Below the pieces are notes generated by a model. That model was not told where the DNA came from, made no database searches, and was given only the letters and a program-made list of their open reading frames with translations. A DNA stretch of 32,000 bases from Candidatus Electrothrix yaqonensis (lineage in GTDB: Bacteria > Desulfobacterota > Desulfobulbia > Desulfobulbales > Desulfobulbaceae). Of the stretch, positions 28,882 through 32,000 are shown one piece after another. Numbering within the stretch: position 1 is the stretch's first letter; each line of letters opens with the position of its first letter. A program made the translations under genes and the position numbers. The stretch spans positions 720,001 through 752,000 of the forward strand of contig CP178758.1 in NCBI GenBank assembly GCA_047651235.1, in the 5' to 3' direction.

Positions 28882-29772
28882 TCAGAGATCTCCGAGATCG
28901 ATATCAAAATCATCAAGTGCTGTGCCGGTTTTTGCCGACGGCTTGAAACGCTCACCTGTCGCGCTCCCGGCCGGAGCTTTCGCAGGTGCATCAAAATCAA
29001 GACCGTCAAGTTCCAGATCGGGCAGCCCGTCGTCCTGCTGTGAACTTCCCCCGGAGACATCACCCGCCTTCTCAAGAGTCAGTTCTTCGGGAGCTGATCC
29101 GCTCTCTCCGGTGGAAGAAGGAGAGAGGTCGGACAGATCAAGCCCGTCCAAATCAAGCGAAGATTCCTTTTTCGGCTTTTTCTCAATCTCCATGCCAAGG
29201 TCTGAATCCGTATCATCCAGAGAAAGATCCAGGCCTTCGAGTTCCTCGTTCCCGGCAGAATGCTCCAGCCCTTTATCATTATCTCCGCTGTCAGCAGAAA
29301 GGTCTAACCCGTCGTCATCATCCAGGGACAGATCCAGCCCGCTGTCATCATCATTATCCCCCAGAGAAAGATCCAGACCGTCATCATCATCTGTTGACAA
29401 TTCCAGATCCACGTCAGTCTGTTCAGCAGTCTCTGAACTGTCCGGCAGATCAAAGTCAATGCCTTCATCCTCCGGCTCGTCAGTCTCTTCCTCCACTGCA
29501 AACTCGACTTCCTCTTCACCCTCCGTTTCTGCATCGACCTCATCGCCGCCTGTCAGATCCGTATCATCATCAAAGACCTCCACCTCAGCGGATGCCTCCT
29601 CAAGCTCCTCCTCCGGTTCGTCTTCCTGTGCACCGAACTGCAGAAAATTAGGTATTCTTGCTCTGAAGGTAACGCCCAGCAGATCCTTGGAGAATTTTGA
29701 TATATCTTTATTACAGCTTGGGCAGGTTTCCAGCTGATCAAACGTGATGTAACTACATTTAGGACAACGCAT
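28882..29772 (-). CDS. Zinc-ribbon protein (MJ0042-like CxxC...CxxC N-terminus) with a long, extremely acidic, low-complexity GLDLS-repeat tail
   Basis: The N-terminus is MRCPKCSYITFDQLETCPSCNKDI, followed by about 250 aa dominated by D/E/L/S/G with recurring GLDLS(L/D) units and the ending DDFDIDLGDL. The opposite-strand 303-aa Ser-rich ORF is its mirror artefact. Confidence 0.7.
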   Translation of the reverse strand: MRCPKCSYITFDQLETCPSCNKDISKFSKDLLGVTFRARIPNFLQFGAQEDEPEEELEEASAEVEVFDDDTDLTGGDEVDAETEGEEEVEFAVEEETDEPEDEGIDFDLPDSSETAEQTDVDLELSTDDDDGLDLSLGDNDDDSGLDLSLDDDDGLDLSADSGDNDKGLEHSAGNEELEGLDLSLDDTDSDLGMEIEKKPKKESSLDLDGLDLSDLSPSSTGESGSAPEELTLEKAGDVSGGSSQQDDGLPDLELDGLDFDAPAKAPAGSATGERFKPSAKTGTALDDFDIDLGDL

Positions 29773-30038
29773 AATGTATGCCTACAGTTTACAAATTTAT
29801 ACAGGAAAAGAACTATGATTTACTCTATTATCTATTATAACTCATAGAACACATAGGAGGCGCAAAAATCAAGACGAAAATGAGAAATCATCCGCCAAGA
29901 GAGAGCAGGTGAGCAGCGGATGCTGAGCATAAAACGGACGATCAATCTGTTTTTTTTAGAAAAGTCATAATGTGACAGGCAGCCGCCCATGATCCGGAGC
30001 GCACCCGCTTTCCCGGCAGACTCCGCTCGATGAATTGC

Positions 30039-30066
30039 TTGACATCAATCAGGATCACTATATACT
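30039..30066 (+). promoter_or_regulatory. Near-consensus sigma70-type promoter for the SBP-VWA gene
   Basis: TTGACA at 30039-30044, a 16-nt spacer, then TATACT at 30061-30066. It lies about 100 nt upstream of ATG 30167. Confidence 0.5.
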
Positions 30067-30166
30067 TTCTACAGGATAAAGTTATTCCTCCCGAATTTCG
30101 GAAGACCGCCGCCAACTGCCTTCTACACTGCTCTGACTGCTACTGCTCATCATCCCGGAGAAAAAA

Positions 30167-31810
30167 ATGAAGCTGGATAACAAGAGCCTTATTCTCGCCT
30201 GCCTCCTCAGTTTTTCTATTGTGATACTCGGCGGCTGTGACCGGGACAGGCCGGAGAAAAAACAGACCGCTGCATTGAAACAGAAACAAAATGCAGCCCC
30301 GCTCTCTATTGTTTCCGGCTCAGAAAACAAAACCCTTGAGCCGCTCCTGCAGCAGTTTGCCCGAAAAAACGGAATCAATATCTCAATGCAGTACATGGGG
30401 TCAGTGGATATTGCCCATGAAATCGCCAAAGGGAAATCTTCGCAGTTTGATGCGGTCTGGCCTGCCTCTAGCCTCTGGCTTTCGCTGGGAGACAAACAGG
30501 GCGTGGTCAGACATGCCCAATCCATCATGCGCAGTCCGGTGGTCTTTGCGGTCAAGAAATCCATTGCTGAAAAACTCGGCTGGGACAAAAATGAGGTCAG
30601 GGTCATGGACATCCTTGATGCTGCGGAGCGGGGAGATATCCGTTTTGCCATGACCTCGGCCACCCAGTCGAATTCCGGCACCTCGGCCTTTCTCTCCTTT
30701 TTATCCGCTTTTGCCGACAGTCCGGAAGTCCTCACTGAGGAACATCTCAACGACCCGCAGGTGGATGACAAGATTAAGCGCTTTCTGAAAACAGTCAACC
30801 GGTCAGTGGGCAGTTCGGGATGGCTTATGGAAATGCTGCGCAAAGATTATCTTTACTATGACGGCATGGTTAATTATGAAGCCATGGTCATTGAGCTGAA
30901 CAAGAACCTGCCCCCTGGCCAGGAGCCGCTCTATGCGGTTTATCCGGTCGATGGTATTTCCATTGCCGACAGTCCGCTGGGTTTTATCGATAAAGGCGAC
31001 AGCAGGATAGAAGAGACCTTTCTCCAACTGCAGGAATATCTCCTCAGCGCTTCTGTTCAGGACAGCATCCAAGCGCATGGACGGCGGACCGGTCTTGTCG
31101 GCATGGAAGCGGACGCTGCAAAGAGCAGAGTATTCAACCCGGCATGGGGCATTGATCTGCAGCGGATTCTCACTCCGATCAGAATACCGGCTGTTCCTGT
31201 GGTTGAGGAAGCCCTCAACCTGTACCAGACTTCCTTCCGCAAGCCGTCACTCACCGCCTATGTCTTGGATTACTCCGGCAGTATGGAGGGAAACGGGATT
31301 CAGCAGCTGAAAAAGGCCATGCGCACTCTGCTTGATCAGAATATTGCCAAACAGTTTCTCCTCCAAGCCTCATCGGAAGATATAACAATGGTTGTCCCGT
31401 TCAATAACCAATTGATTGATATTGATTTTTTTTCTGTTCAGGGCAATAATCCTGCTGAACTGAACAAACTGCTGCATCAGGTGGAGACCCTGCAGCCGGG
31501 CGGAGGCACCAATATGTATATAGCAGCAGCCGCTGCACTGACGACGATGAAAGAGCTGGCTGCCTCCGGAGAATATCATCCGGCAGTCATTGTCATGAGC
31601 GACGGAGTCAGTGAAGGCAGTGTGGATCAGTTTCACAGGATGCTGCAGGGAAGCGGCATGGGCAGCGGGGATATTCCGGTGTTTACCATTCTGTTCGGCC
31701 AGGCCGATAAGAAACAGATGCAGGCCCTTGCTGACGCGATGCATGGCCGCATGTTCGACGGCCGCACCGATGTAGTTAAAGCATTCAGGGAGGCCAAGGG
31801 GTATAATTGA
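30167..31810 (+). CDS. Substrate-binding and von Willebrand factor A (VWA) domain-containing lipoprotein
   Basis: Lipobox ILGGC. The N-terminal ~330 aa resemble a periplasmic solute-binding fold (SIVSGSENKTLEPLLQQFARKNGINI...SATQSNSG). The C-terminal VWA domain has the MIDAS motif VLDYSGSMEG, plus GGGTNMY and VIVMSDG. Confidence 0.8.
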   Translation: MKLDNKSLILACLLSFSIVILGGCDRDRPEKKQTAALKQKQNAAPLSIVSGSENKTLEPLLQQFARKNGINISMQYMGSVDIAHEIAKGKSSQFDAVWPASSLWLSLGDKQGVVRHAQSIMRSPVVFAVKKSIAEKLGWDKNEVRVMDILDAAERGDIRFAMTSATQSNSGTSAFLSFLSAFADSPEVLTEEHLNDPQVDDKIKRFLKTVNRSVGSSGWLMEMLRKDYLYYDGMVNYEAMVIELNKNLPPGQEPLYAVYPVDGISIADSPLGFIDKGDSRIEETFLQLQEYLLSASVQDSIQAHGRRTGLVGMEADAAKSRVFNPAWGIDLQRILTPIRIPAVPVVEEALNLYQTSFRKPSLTAYVLDYSGSMEGNGIQQLKKAMRTLLDQNIAKQFLLQASSEDITMVVPFNNQLIDIDFFSVQGNNPAELNKLLHQVETLQPGGGTNMYIAAAAALTTMKELAASGEYHPAVIVMSDGVSEGSVDQFHRMLQGSGMGSGDIPVFTILFGQADKKQMQALADAMHGRMFDGRTDVVKAFREAKGYN

Positions 31811-32000
31811 GTACCGTACGAATATCGATACCGAGAAAACTTGCCGCACTGGGATGTATGTATTCAATTGTCAGAGAAGTTGTCTCCGGGATGGGGGCAA
31901 CCTTTATTTTTATCCTGCTCTGGATCATCCTGCCCGGCGAATATGATGCCCTGCTTGCCTTTCTTCTTTCTGTGGCGAGCTATTTCGGCATCCGGTTGTT
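31807..32000 (+). CDS. Partial ORF (5' end) of a membrane protein, overlapping the upstream stop (ATTGA)
   Basis: The frame is open from TTG 31807 to the window edge and encodes hydrophobic helices (GATFIFILLWIILPG, ALLAFLLSVASYFGI). The start codon is uncertain. It is not in the supplied track because it has no stop. Confidence 0.4.
   Translation, partial: MSTVRISIPRKLAALGCMYSIVREVVSGMGATFIFILLWIILPGEYDALLAFLLSVASYFGIRL

Noticed and set aside
28826-29737. 303-aa Ser/Pro-rich + strand ORF
   Set aside because: It is the mirror image of the acidic GLDLS-repeat gene (GAx/CTx codons read as Ser/Leu-type codons on the other strand). The minus-strand product has a bona fide zinc-ribbon N-terminus, so the minus strand is the coding strand.

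Overview
This is a 32-kb chromosomal window from a Gram-negative bacterium, judged from lipoboxes, ZnuABC and a Wzz-like gene. G+C looks like roughly 50% by eye with strong local deviations. The lineage cannot be fixed without a database search. Several gene types (TIGR04112-type YedE, fused membrane SpeE-like proteins, an MJ0042-like zinc ribbon) are ones I associate with anaerobic Desulfobacterota-like genomes, but that is inference only. Nearly all genes are on the + strand. In order, the window holds: (1) the 3' end of a FAD oxidoreductase; (2) a membrane polyamine-type cluster with two SpeE-like membrane proteins, a tiny basic-tailed membrane protein and a 2x DUF350 protein; (3) a compact putative immunity/cell-death islet; (4) the phospholipid genes CDP-alcohol phosphatidyltransferase and cdsA; (5) a 16.7-kb mosaic segment bracketed by two copies of a 108-bp MITE-like element; (6) a zinc-ribbon protein with an extremely acidic GLDLS-repeat tail, a substrate-binding/VWA fusion lipoprotein, and a partial membrane ORF at the right edge. 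The islet in (3) has a 133-aa protein with a Gly/Ala-rich N-terminal helix, followed by a GC-rich NB-ARC/TPR STAND (NLR-like) ATPase. The C-terminal ~26 aa of the small protein resemble the N-terminal ~26 aa of the NLR. A perfect 30-bp palindrome separates the two genes. Downstream lie five 23-bp tandem repeats, a remnant of an NLR 3' end and a Uma2 endonuclease. The segment in (5) holds a transposase remnant, an AT-rich orphan membrane protein, znuA/C/B, four consecutive unusual lipoproteins (one with 45-bp tandem repeats encoding RTYSPVVRRTYSPTV), an atypical carbonic-anhydrase-like protein, a Met/Gln-rich secreted protein, a Wzz-like protein, an SLC13-like permease and a six-gene envelope operon ending in a YedE selenium/sulfur transporter. 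No rRNA, tRNA or CRISPR array was recognised. The best candidate for a novel system is the effector/NLR pair with matching terminal motifs, which looks like amyloid-type signalling. The second is the lipoprotein quartet between znuACB and the carbonic anhydrase.
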